NCBI GenBank assembly: GCA_012862495.1 | Contig: BLSG01000387.1 | Span: forward strand, 117,188-181,187 | DNA from: Thraustochytrium aureum | Lineage: Eukaryota | Reading direction: 5' to 3' | DNA: 64,000 bases | Shown: positions 45,330 through 56,620 of the stretch, in pieces | Layout of the letters: the number at the start of each line of letters is the position of its first letter | How positions within the stretch are numbered: the first letter of the stretch is position 1 | Notes under the pieces: generated by a model | What the model saw: only the letters and a program-made list of their open reading frames with translations | What the model was told of the DNA's origin: nothing | Database searches by the model: none | Program-made: the position numbers and the translations under genes

Positions 45330-45990
45330 AGACCACTCATCACGCAGAGCGCGAAGCGGTGGCGGAGCTGGCGCGCAGGCCCGAGTCAATCTACGAGTAG
45401 CTGCGACCCACGAGCAGGTTTTGGCGCTGTGCGGGCCCGAGAAAGACCATGGCGCGGCGCTCCTCGCTCTTGAGCAGGTCGTCCTTGTACCAGCGGCGCA
45501 CGTCGTGGAGGACCGCCTCGCGCGTGCCCTCTTGGTATTCGCCGGCCTTGAGCTGCGCCGTGAGCAGCGGGTTGAACCCGGGCGGCATTTCGAAGACCTC
45601 NNNNNNNNNNNNNNNNNNNNNNNNNNNNNNNNNNNNNNNNNNNNNNNNNNNNNNNNNNNNNNNNNNNNNNNNNNNNNNNNNNNNNNNNNNNNNNNNNNNN
45701 NNNNNNNNNNNNNNNNNNNNNNNNNNNNNNNNNNNNNNNNNNNNNNNNNNNNNNNNNNNNNNNNNNNNNNNNNNNNNNNNNNNNNNNNNNCGTCGTCGGA
45801 AACAACGAGGGGCACGTTCCGTCCAGCCCTTTGCTTGGCGGCGAACGCAAACTCGCGCTTGCACTTGTCGTGGGCCTCGCCGTCGTTGGTTTTCAAAGTT
45901 TGCGCGCTTACTCGTCCGACAGCAGCCAGCACGACGACGGCGTCCGCGTCATCGATGGCCGCTGTTGCCACTGCTGCCACTGTTGCTGCT
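45330..45990 (-). pseudogene. Decayed TIR-NACHT (NLR-like) gene fragment spanning a gap
   Basis: AIDDADAVVV..LLSDE*ARKL..DKCKREFAFAAKQ..VPLVV (TIR_2-like), then EGTREAVLHDVRRW..RAMVFLGPA/HSAKT (pre-P-loop of NACHT) with frameshifts and a stop. Confidence 0.55.
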
Positions 45991-46115
45991 CTGGCGCATC
46001 ACAACGCAACAACGCACCACGAAATCAAAATTCAAATCACTGTCCACACCCAACCCAGCGTTGGGTCTTGTAAAAGCGCACCACATCGACAAGCCCTGCA
46101 GCAAAAGAGGAAGCA

Positions 46116-46212
46116 TTCCCACGAAGGGGCTCGAACCCTTGACCATTAGGTGCCATTCCTCGCACGAGCGAGGGATAAGAGCCTAACGCTCTACCAACTG
46201 AGCTACGCGGGA
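46116..46212 (-). tRNA. tRNA-Lys(CTT) with 24-nt intron, copy 1
   Basis: TCCCGCG/CGTGGGA acceptor, GCTC-AGTTGGTA-GAGC D arm, TTAGG-CTCTTA^A-CCTAA anticodon arm, AAGGG-TTCGAGC-CCCTT T arm; downstream T run. Confidence 0.95.
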
Positions 46213-46432
46213 TCGACAGCGCTCGATGAGCGGTCGGACGTCAGAAGTGAACCTGATTCTCCCCATGCGGATGTCCTGCCAGGGCGCTCGCCGCGCAATG
46301 GAGTCATTGACCGTCTATCTCCCTCGTCAAGAAAAACGAAAAGCAAAACCACTTGGAGAAAAAAGCAAAACAAGAAAAAAAATGACTGGTTCTTGCAAGA
46401 GCAAGAACGCGTGCAAAACGCAAAAAGGAGGT

Positions 46433-46529
46433 TTCCCACGAAGGGGCTCGAACCCTTGACCATTAGGTGCCACATCTCGCTGGTGCGAGAAGTAAGAGCC
46501 TAACGCTCTACCAACTGAGCTACGCGGGA
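46433..46529 (-). tRNA. tRNA-Lys(CTT) with 24-nt intron, copy 2
   Basis: Mature sequence identical to copy 1; intron cttctcgcaccagcgagatgtggc. Confidence 0.95.
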
Positions 46530-46669
46530 TAGACGATAACATGGCGTCTCTGCGCAGGACCGAACCTGCTCTTCCCCATCTGGTGGCGGCGTCGTCACCC
46601 CTGGACTTTACATTACACCGCATGCAGATGTAGAGTGAACAAAAACGACGAAAGATGCGGCAAAAACTG

Positions 46670-46766
46670 TTCCCACGAAGGGGCTCGAACCCTTGACCAT
46701 TAGGTGTCACATCTCGCTAGTGCGAGAAGTAAGAGCCTAACGCTCTACCAACTGAGCTACGCGGGA
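46670..46766 (-). tRNA. tRNA-Lys(CTT) with 24-nt intron, copy 3
   Basis: Mature sequence identical; intron cttctcgcactagcgagatgtgac. Confidence 0.95.
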
Positions 46767-47253
46767 CAGACAAACGACGTTCGTCTCATCGCAGGACCTA
46801 ACCTGCTCTTTCCCATTCGGATGCAGCTCCAGACGCAGCTGACACCCATATACTCGAGCGCCACACAGGAACTGTCAGTGTCCAGCAAAAAGCGTTCCTT
46901 TTGAGACAGAACAAAATAGATTCATGAGAGGAATGTCCCAGGGCCCCGCCGCTCGGCGCAGATTGGTTGGTGACAACGAAGGTGGGCCCGCCAGGCTCGC
47001 AAGGAGACGAGACTCGGGCGCACAGCAGGCGCTCCAGCAACGCCAGGCTCGCGTGGAGACACGCATCGGTCCAGCAGGCCCAGGGTCTCGACGACGCACG
47101 GCGCTCCGAAAGGCCCAGACCGGGGTTGACGCACGGCGCTCAGCCTTGCGTTTTGACGCAGCGCACTCCAGCAGGCGTTGACGCGAGTGAGACGGTCCTC
47201 GCCAGCGCGGGACACGAGCGGTGCTTGATTGACACGCAGCAATCGAGGCAAGG

Positions 47254-49050
47254 ATGGAGGCTGTGCTGCCGAGCCAGCGGGCGGCGCCCGACGTCGTGTG
47301 CTGCATGTGTGGTGTCACGATGAAGCCCAACAAGGTCAACACGTGCGCGCAGTGCCTCCAGACCACGCACGACGTGACGGCAGACTTTAGCAAGAACGGC
47401 GTGCTGCTCAAGTGCAAGGGCTGCGAGAGGTACCAGAAGGCCACGCAAGGGTGGATCTACTGTGCACCAGAGTCGAAGGCGCTCCTCGCGCTGTGCTTGA
47501 AGAAGATCAAGGGCCTGCAAAAGGTGAGCTTGGTGGACGCCAACTTTATCTGGACCGAGGAGCACTCGAAGCGCATCAAGGTGAAGCTCCGCGTCCAAAA
47601 GGAGGTCACCAACCAGGTCGTGCTGCAGCAGACGTGCATCGTCGAGTTTGTCGTTCAGGGCAAGATGTGCGAGGACTGCCACATGGCCGAAGCCAACATG
47701 GGATGGGACTCCATCGTGCAGGTGCGCCAAAAGGTCACGCACAAACGCACGTTCCTGTTCCTCGAGCAGCTCATCCTCAAACACGGCGAGGACGCGCGCA
47801 CCATCAAGGTCGAGGCGATGCCCGAGGGCGTCGACTTTTACTTTGCTGCCAAGAACGACGCAGTGCGGTTCTTGGAGTTCCTGGAGGCAGTCGTCCCGAT
47901 GCAGTACAAGACAAGCAAGAAGATCATCTCCCAAGACATCAAGAGCAACATCGCCACGTTCAACAACACGTTTTCCGTGGAGATCGTGCCCATCTGCAAG
48001 GATGATTTGGTGTGCCTCCCGCTCCCGATCGCGCGCAAGCTCGGCAATATCTCTCAGATCGTCCTGTGCAGCAACGTGTCCAACGTGCTGCGCTTTATCG
48101 ACCCGAGCACGTGCCAGGTTTGCGACCTGTCGGGCGAGCGGTTTTGGCGCGAGCCGTTCCGCGCGATCATGTCGACACCGCGCCTTGTCTCGTTCACTGT
48201 GCTCGACGTGCAGGTTGACGAGGAGGAGCAGGCCAAGCGCGCCGCTCGCGCCGCCGCCAAGGATCAGGCCCAGGCCCAGGCCCAGGCGGCAGCCAACGCC
48301 GTGGCTGCCGCAACGGAGGAGCTCGACAATCTCTCAGTGCCGAACAAGGCACGCAAGCGTCGCCGCAAGGGCGGACGCGGCCAGGTCACCCTCCTCACAG
48401 AGCGCGGCGTCAACGTGAGCCCGAACCACGCGCTCGCCACTATTGAGGTTGCGCGCGACTCGGACTTTGGCGTCAACGACAAGAGGTTCACGGTGGTGTC
48501 GCACCTTGGTTTCGTGCTCAAGCCGGGCGACTCGGTACTCGGCTACGACATGAGCACGGTCAACTTTAACGAGTCTGACACGGACGACCTCCGCTCGAGC
48601 ACGACCATCCCGGACGTCGTGCTGGTGCGCAAGCACTACCCGAGGTTTCGTAAGCTCGTCAAGCAGCGCGAGTGGAAACTGCGCTCGCTTGTCGTGAACG
48701 GGCCGGACCAGCCTGGGTTTGGCATGACGCGCGAGGGGGAGAAGGACGATGCCATGGAACGCGATCGCGAGATGTTCATGCGCGACATTGAGGAAGACGA
48801 AGAGATCCGAGCGCGCATCAACATCTACCGCGCCGAGCCAAAGGTCCGGTTTGCGGACGGCGGGGCGGCAGGCGCGATGGACGATGGGGAGGGCGACGAG
48901 GAGGATGCCGAGCAGGACGCGCCGCGCATCGGCCTCGAGAGCCTCCTGGACGACCTCGACCTTGCAGCAACAAGTCGGGCTGGCGCGTCTGGCAAGGGCG
49001 ACGATGCCGACGACGACGATGAAGACGGCGACGACGACGACGACCTGTAA
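47254..49050 (+). CDS. NMD3: 60S ribosomal export protein NMD3
   Basis: CCMCG..CAQC, CKGCERY, ESKALLALCLKKIKGL, WTEEHSKRIK, QVRQKVTHKRTF, PICKDDL. Confidence 0.97.
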   Translation: MEAVLPSQRAAPDVVCCMCGVTMKPNKVNTCAQCLQTTHDVTADFSKNGVLLKCKGCERYQKATQGWIYCAPESKALLALCLKKIKGLQKVSLVDANFIWTEEHSKRIKVKLRVQKEVTNQVVLQQTCIVEFVVQGKMCEDCHMAEANMGWDSIVQVRQKVTHKRTFLFLEQLILKHGEDARTIKVEAMPEGVDFYFAAKNDAVRFLEFLEAVVPMQYKTSKKIISQDIKSNIATFNNTFSVEIVPICKDDLVCLPLPIARKLGNISQIVLCSNVSNVLRFIDPSTCQVCDLSGERFWREPFRAIMSTPRLVSFTVLDVQVDEEEQAKRAARAAAKDQAQAQAQAAANAVAAATEELDNLSVPNKARKRRRKGGRGQVTLLTERGVNVSPNHALATIEVARDSDFGVNDKRFTVVSHLGFVLKPGDSVLGYDMSTVNFNESDTDDLRSSTTIPDVVLVRKHYPRFRKLVKQREWKLRSLVVNGPDQPGFGMTREGEKDDAMERDREMFMRDIEEDEEIRARINIYRAEPKVRFADGGAAGAMDDGEGDEEDAEQDAPRIGLESLLDDLDLAATSRAGASGKGDDADDDDEDGDDDDDL

Positions 49051-49186
49051 ACAAAAATGTCTGCTTGTGACCGACGAGCGCGGCCGCCCGCCGCGCTTTG
49101 TTTGCTTTGTTGATTGGTAGGTAGCTTTATCCTTTTCCCTGCTTTCCTTTGCGCTACCCGGCCTCCGCGCGGCCGCTTCCACCCCA

Positions 49187-49659
49187 CTAGTTGGAGGGCT
49201 CTGCCTTGGGAGCTTCGCCGTCTTCTCCAGCGCCGCGAATGTACAGCACGTTGTTGCACCGGATTACGATCTCGCCCAGGTTGCCGGCAAACTCGCCCCG
49301 CACAAACTCCTCCGTCCCCGCCAGCTGAACGTTCATGTACGCGTCAGTGGAAACCAAGTATCCCTTGTACTCTTGGCCCCATTTGAGCTTCACGATGACC
49401 GGCTTGCCGGTCAGACCTGCGAGAAAGGGTTTCGGGTTCACAATCGCCGCCGCCTGCGCCTCGGCACGCCGCCAGCGCCCGCCGGGTCAGCCCCACGCAC
49501 CAGCAACATCCCGCCATCCAACCACTCACTCGGCAAGCCAAGCGCCGCTTCGCAGCCCGTGCGGCCGCAAAGCATCCAGCAAGGGCGAGCCAGCCAGCCA
49601 GGCCATCGCGCTGGGCGCGCGCGCGCGCAAGCCAGTCCTCGCGCCGCCACACTCACCAT
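49187..49659 (-). CDS. SNRPF: snRNP core protein SmF (exon 1 = ATG 49657-49659; intron 49454-49656)
   Basis: ATG|GTGAGT...GCAG|GCG gives [32 protein letters not shown]...IRCNNVLY. Confidence 0.95.
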
Positions 49660-51276
49660 CGCGCAGACCCGCGCTGTGTCGACCTGTTGCAGCTCTGCGA
49701 GGATCGGCAGACGTGTTTTCGCGCGCCGCTCTTGCCGAGGTGGTGGACGACGGCTGTCGCAATGTCCTCGCGCCAGCACGCACGCCAGCGGTCGTGCGGC
49801 GCGCCGTGGACGGGGCAGCAGCGGGCGGCTGGGGTGGCGGAGAGGCGTACGCGCGTGGCTCGCGAGCGACCAGCGCCAAGTTGGGCGTGGCGCTTGCAAT
49901 AGCAAAGCGGGGGTCAGCACTTGGACGTCCCGGACCGGCGACTGCGCTTGCACTCTGCCGCGGACCACGATCGCAGCCCGGCGCGACGGAACGCGGCAGA
50001 TTGCAGGCGCAGAACTTTGCGCTTTGGTGTTGGTTGCGGGAGACTCTCTCTCGCTCGGCGGCGAGCTGACGGCGCCTGGCCCTTTTGCTGTGCAAGTGCG
50101 CCAGAGCGGCCCGCTTTGCAGCGCGCGCATCACCACTAGCGTGCGCATCTAGTGGTGATGCACCGCTGTGAGCTCACTGGGAGAGTTGAGGTGGCGAGCG
50201 ATCTCCGGAGGGTGCCGGGAATCAAGAGCTCTGGGCCGCGCAGCCGATCGACTGCGCAAGAGTCTTCCCGGCAGTCGGTCCCAACCGGTCGCGCAAATGA
50301 GGATTCTTGTCGAAGAGTACTCTACCGGTAGACGCTCTTTCTTTCCGCACGGTCCCGTCGAACCTGGTAGGAGGCATGACCGTGCCCCGCCCACCCGGGC
50401 TTGTTGGGAGTTTGGCTTGGTTTGCGCCGCGGGGCGCCTCCTTGCGCGTCCGACCCTTGCCACCGTGTTCTCCTGCAGCTGCTTCCTGCTGCTGCTCGAG
50501 CCCGTTTCACGGCGGGTCCCGCTTTCGCTCAAAAGAAGACAAAAGCCGAGCCCGTCATGATCGAGCCTGCGCAAGCATCACCACCGTTTCCGCAGGCACA
50601 GGCGCGCTCGGTGCCATGCCAGCTCCTGTCGCCACTCGTCGGAGTCGATTCTCTCTCTCTCTCGACCGCCGCTCCATCGACCAATTCATCAATCAATCTC
50701 ACCCGCCGTCGCCCGCGAGGCACACGGCATGCGTCCAACGCCGAGCGTTACTGGCGCGACCGTGCCTGTGCAAAAAACCACCGGTGCAAAAACACCAAAA
50801 CCCCCCCAAAAAAACACGACCCAGTCACGAGCCACTGGAATTGCAGAGCCTGCTCCGCGCAGAGTGAGAGTCGCATACCACTCTCCTCTACTGGCCGGCC
50901 CCAAGCGCTCTCCTGTAGAGCTCCAGCGCTGGCGCTGGCGCGAGAGAGAGTGAGCGGTGGCGCTCGACGAAGTGAGTGAGTANNNNNNNNNNNNNNNNNN
51001 NNNNNNNNNNNNNNNNNNNNNNNNNNNNNNNNNNNNNNNNNNNNNNNNNNNNNNNNNNNNNNNNNNNNNNNNNNNNNNNNNNNNNNNNNNNNNNNNNNNN
51101 NNNNNNNNNNNNNNNNNNNNNNNNNNNNNNNNNNNNNNNNNNNNNNNNNNNNNNNNNNNNNNNNNNNCATTGTTCTCAATCAATCAATCAATGAAACGGT
51201 GGTGATTTCTTGAAAAAGATGAGCCGCAGACCTCGAACGAACGAACGCCGTCGCGCAGCAGCAGCAGAGCAGCAGC

Positions 51277-51310
<34 letters not shown>

Positions 51311-51623
51311 GACGAGCAGCGGCAGCAGGGGCGAGCTGCAGGACGAGCAGGAGCGGGGCTGTAGTGAGCGGGCGCGGAGAGGCAACGGCCTGAGGACTGC
51401 GTAGCGCGCTGCGTGGTGTCTCGGCACCGGCGAGGGCGAAGGAAAAGCGCGACGAGGTGGGATAGATAGGTCCACCGTCGCGCACGGCGAGCGGCTCGAA
51501 GAGCTGCGGGGGAGGAGAGAGCGGGCGGGCGGGCGGGCGGGCGCGGAGGTTGCCTGCCCGCACGACGGCGCAGCGGCGGCGAGTGGCGTTGGCGACAAGC
51601 GCGGCGCGGAGGCGCGCCGAGAG

Positions 51624-54016
51624 ATGCTTTCGAGGCTCGGACTGCGTAGGAAAAAGTCCGGCAAAGCGGCGTTTAAGAGTATCGATGTGCAGCAAGAGGA
51701 GGAGGCTGCCGCTGCCGCTGCTGCTGAACAGCAGCACGGCCGCGAGGCGAAGGACCAGATACCAAAGCCACACCGCAAGAGCGCGACGGTGAGGTGGCCG
51801 GGCAAAAAGGGACCTCGACCCCAGGCCAGCGGCGCACAGGCCGCGCAAGCCAGTGAACAAGAGGCTGCAACCGGCGACGCCAGCTATGGTGTTCGCCCAG
51901 AGGCTTCTGCCGCCCCTGCTCCGCCATCGCAGACAGTAGCTGCCGAGCCCGCGCAGGCGCCCACCGCCACCGAGCAGGCGCCCACCGCGACCGCGGACGA
52001 CTCTGGCGCCGACGCAAGCGGCAGCTCGAGCGCGGCACCCGCGGACCGTGCGCACGCCAAAGGCGCCAATGGAGCAGCACAGGCAGCACAGGCGGCGCAG
52101 GCTCCTGCAGCCGCCGCAAGTCAGCTCGGCGCGGCCGCTAGCGAGAACAGCGGCGGGTCAGAGGCAAGTGCAGCCGCGGCGCCCCCCGTTACAGCGGGCT
52201 CTAGAGACGACACGCTTGCGTTCATCCGGGACTCTGAGTCGAAAGGCGCGCAAGACACGCTTGTCTCGGCGAGGGGCGGCTCAAAGGTCGTGCTCATCGA
52301 TGATGTCGACTTTTCCACGCTCGACGTACAACCGAGCCAAGCCGACCGGGACGCAACCCTGCCAACGCCCGCACCGGCTCCGAACAACGACGGCGCAGGC
52401 AACGGTGCCGCCCAGGCGGCAGAGCAAAGCCGTGGGAAGAAAGACGCCATCGAGCTAGACCCAAAGCTGCACGCCAAGTTTGGAGCGATGGAGTCGGGCC
52501 AGGCTGCCGAAGAGCGGAAATGGCGCGACTCGACCGCGGTGACCGACCCGGAGGAGTTCTATGAGCTTTTAGAGGAGCTGGGCGAAGGGTCGTACGGCTC
52601 GGTGTACAAAGCCAGGCACAGGCACTCGGGCATGGTCTGCGCGGTCAAGATAGTGCCCACAGAGCAGGAGGACACCGACGAGCTACGCAAGGAGATCGAC
52701 TACCTGAAAAAGGGCAAGCACCACTTTGTGGTCGGCTACCACGGCAGCTTCCAGAAGAACGGCAAGATCTGGATCGTCATGGACCTCTGCGAGGCCGGCT
52801 CCATAAGCGACCTTATTCGCGCAACGCAGAGTACGCTCGCCGAAGACGAGATCCGCGCCGTAGCCGCGTGCATGCTGCTCGGCTTGCGGCACCTCCACAA
52901 CAAGCGAATGATCCACCGCGACATCAAGGCCGGCAACATCCTGCTCACCAACGACGGCTTTGCCAAACTGGCAGACTTTGGCGTTTCCAAGCAGCTCTCG
53001 ACGGTGCAGTCCAAGTGCGACACAACGATCGGGACGCCGTACTGGATGGCTCCCGAGGTGATTCAGGACGGCCGCTACAACGCCAAGGCGGACGTGTGGA
53101 GCCTGGGCATCACTCTGATCGAGATGGCCGAGGGCGAGCCACCCTTCACCAACCTGCACCCAATGCGGGCGCTGTTCGTGATCCCGAAAAAGCCGCCAGC
53201 CACCTTTGAGCGCCCTGAGAACTGGTCAGCCGAAATGAACGACTTTCTGAAGGAGTGTCTCGTCAAGGACCCCGTCGCGCGCAAGTCCTGCGATGAGCTC
53301 CTGAGCCACCCATTTGTGCGCGACATGGTGCAGGGTCTCGAGTCCGGATGTGCGTCAGGCAGTTTTGCCAGCTGTGAGGCGCAGCGCGTCCTGAGCGAGC
53401 TGGTGGAAGACTGCTTACCGTACATTGTTCAACATCGAACGGCACGCCCCGGCGACGAGGATGGCGGCGACCAAGGTCCGCATGGTGGTGTTGCCCCAAC
53501 CCTGCAAAAGACCTCGCGCGAGCAACTTCGCCGCACTGCGGCGCGCGGCGATGGCACCTTTGTCAGCGTCGGGCTGGACGCGACTGTGCGGCTGGACACT
53601 GTGCGGCGCAGCGCGCCCCCGCGGTCAGCGCCAAGTCTGGCACCATGCAAGAAACTCCGTACTCGCCCGGGGCGGGCACTGTTGGAAACAGCAAGGACTT
53701 TATGAACTACTTTGGCGGGGCCGCAGAGGAGGAGGGGCCGCGGGCCAGGAGGGCAGCGGGCACCTTACTCACGACGGGCGACGTGTTTGCCACGATCAAG
53801 CTGCAGCACGACGCCGGAGCGCCCACAAGTGGCGGCGCATTCGACGACGGAACCTTGCGCACCATCGACGACTCGAGCGTCGGGAGCGGGGGTGGGCGGG
53901 ATTCGCCGGGAGGCACTGCGGATACGGCCGACTTTATGCGCTACTTTGGAAACGAGCACGGCGGCGGACCGGAGCAGAGCCTCGATGGCGCCGAGGCAAG
54001 ATCTGACCTGCTGTAG
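51624..54016 (+). CDS. STE20-family MST/Hippo-like Ser/Thr kinase; apparent frameshift at C run ~53616-53620
   Basis: LGEGSYGSVYKA, AVK, HRDIKAGN, DFG, TTIGTPYWMAPE, HPMRALFVIP; tail continues in ORF 53645-54016. Confidence 0.9.
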
Positions 54017-54251
54017 GCGCGTCTGGAGAAAGAATAATGTTCTCTTGCGGCCAGCTTTGTTCTGCTCTTTGTGCTGCCTGGCAGAGGCTTGGCGAAAGCG
54101 TGCCTTGCTCGCGTCGGGCGGCCCGGGTCGCCGTTCGCTTGAGGCAGCCTTTTTCCTGTTCGAGCTCGGACGAGGAGAGACGGGCATTGATTTGATTGAT
54201 TGATACACACATTTTAATACTAAAGCGCTTGGGCCTTCGGAGCGACTTGGG

Positions 54252-55142
54252 CTACCGGCTGCATGTCTGCGGCTTGGGGGACCCATAGGCTGGCTCTGCA
54301 GTTACCACAAACGCGTGCCCAGCATACGGCGGAGAAACCCCACTACTTGGCGAGTCCAGAGTGGACGGCGAGGCAGCGCCGGCGCGAGTGAAACGACCTG
54401 CAATCTCGTCGTCCAGGTAGTCCTCGTCGCCAGAGTCGTCGTCCTCGTCACGTTGCTCTGGCCTGGGCAGCGCGCTTGGCTCTTCCCTGTAGCGGTTGCC
54501 TTCGGCTTCGAGCAGCGCGTCGATCTCGCCCCGAAGGTTCGTGCCCTCCAGCGACAAGTGGCCATGCGGTGTAAACTCGGAGGTGCCGAGATTGATCTTG
54601 TCCACGAGGCCAAGCGCATTGTTCCTGGCTCGTCTTATCACCTCGCCAAGCTCGGCCGCGTCACGCACTGGGTACAGCATCTTCCAGTAGCAGCACAGGC
54701 ACAGTCCGCAGCACGGCGAAAAGGTGCGCGACTGCTTGCTCGAGCACCCGTCGCCGCCGTGCAGCACCAAGCCCTCGCCGCATTGATCTTGGCAAGTCGG
54801 GCAGAACTGGCAGTGCGTGCCAAACGGGCTGCAACACGCTGCCTTTGACACTTGGCCCAGCTCCACGCGATCGAAATAGATCACGTCGATTCGGTCGCGA
54901 GCGCAGCAGCACCACTGCGAGGGTGCGTTGCGCTCAATCTTGTTCTCGTACACGACGACGTAGGTCTGCTCGCGGATCTTTTCCGCGTTCGCCACCGTGC
55001 AGGGGCTGCAAGTGAGCACGCCGCGCAGAACGACGCAGAATCGGTACGACCCGGGCGCTGCAGTCGCGAACAAGACGCGCTCAGACAGCCCGTTGTCCTC
55101 CGTGGCCAGGTGTATCGCCCGCCCCGGCCGCTTGAACGCCAT
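54252..55142 (-). CDS. Cysteine-rich hypothetical protein
   Basis: Open frame with WCCC, CCSPFGTHCQFCPTC, PCCGLCLCC and acidic tail. Confidence 0.6.
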   Translation of the reverse strand: MAFKRPGRAIHLATEDNGLSERVLFATAAPGSYRFCVVLRGVLTCSPCTVANAEKIREQTYVVVYENKIERNAPSQWCCCARDRIDVIYFDRVELGQVSKAACCSPFGTHCQFCPTCQDQCGEGLVLHGGDGCSSKQSRTFSPCCGLCLCCYWKMLYPVRDAAELGEVIRRARNNALGLVDKINLGTSEFTPHGHLSLEGTNLRGEIDALLEAEGNRYREEPSALPRPEQRDEDDDSGDEDYLDDEIAGRFTRAGAASPSTLDSPSSGVSPPYAGHAFVVTAEPAYGSPKPQTCSR

Positions 55143-56620
55143 GGCGCCGCGCAGCACCGCCTGGCCCGCGCCCCAAGCCCCGTGACTGGCTTTCGCTCGT
55201 CACGGCGACCAGCAGGTTTTTTTTGGTATTGCACCACTTCGAGTTGGTCTGCGCGCGCCGTGGGCAGGTGGAGTTGGTTTGTGGCCTATGGGCAAGCCAC
55301 CCAGCCACCCAGCCCCTCAGGCCGGCCTGGACCTCCCGCGTTCTTCGAGGCCGCTTTGCTGTTGTGGCGGTCGGTGGCCCCTTCTGTTCGAGCCAACGCT
55401 GGACGCATACTCAAGTTTGCATCAGCAAGGAGGCTTGGCATCAGGAAGTACTCGTGCTCTCATCGACCTCGACGCGTGATGGTGAATGTTGTTGGCCTTC
55501 GGAGTGCGTTGGTGGACCGGCCGAGTGGAGTGGGTGGGTGAGTACATACACTCGCTCACGCGGCGGAGCGAGTATCATCATGGAACTGGCGCAATGCATG
55601 TGTCAGGAAGCACGGTACTCTGCCAGAGCGGCCGGCGGCCGGCATCATGATGATGCCCGGCCTCGACTCGGACGCAGGCCTGCACTTGAATGCCCTGTTC
55701 TGTCACGGTTTGTCACGGTCGGCTTGCACACCGTGGCTCTCCAAAAACGAGTACCTCACCGTGGGGAGGCTGGCTGGCCGGCTGGCTGGGGGTTTTCGCG
55801 CCGATTGCCACTCCCGCGGACATCCCGCTATTCGTCCAGCACGTGGCGAGGCGGAGGGGCAGCGAACGATCCGATCAGTTCTGTCTTGGACCGTGAGTCC
55901 GTGACTTTGACACGGTGACTTTTCCTCGCAGGAATTGCGCATGCCGGTGATGAACGGGAGAGCCGGCGCCACCGCCCGCAGATCGAGTCTGCGGCATGTC
56001 TCGGCTCGGCAAGGGCCTCGGCCGACTTGGTCTCGGGCCCTGGTCGCGAGGAGTGGCCCCTCGTTACGTTCGAGGCCGTTCGCGCGACCATCTCGCTCGC
56101 CTCGGAAGGGCGGAACTGCGCGAAGACAGACCGCAGAGGCGCTCAGCCCATCGCCAGAGCGGCTCTCGGCGTGCAATTCCTGCAAGCAAGGCCCTCATCA
56201 GGGTGCGTGAGAGGTCGAAGAGTGGCTTGCTCGCAGCCGCCGAGAGCACCCCTCGTCAAGTTTCCCCAGAGTTAGTAGGTAAGGTAAGAGGGTAATACTG
56301 TACATTCTCGCCGACTTGGACTCGGTCGAGCGGGCGGGCACGAGCGACCGCAGCGGCGCTCTCGCGCCGTGGCGCCGGCTCTCCTTTCGCCATAAATGGA
56401 AGAAAGGGATTCTCGTGCCGTGAACAGTGTTCTCGGCAGGCTGCCTCAGCTTTCCCTACTACGTAAGAGTGCTCACTCGTGCATGAACAACTCGTGGACG
56501 CCAACCACAGCGCGCGAGCAGACCCCGAAAGGATAGAGACAGCACGCAGCAAGCAGCACCAGCGGCAAAAAGCAGGCACTTGGCGAGCGCGAGGCGAGGC
56601 AGGCCCGCGCCCACGAAACG

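Noticed and set aside
46116..46766. Ochre suppressor tRNA (TTA) reading of CTCTTA
   Set aside because: The TTAGG/CCTAA stem places CTT at positions 34-36, giving Lys
55400..56600. Splice-like signals suggesting a hidden gene
   Set aside because: Could not assemble a convincing reading frame
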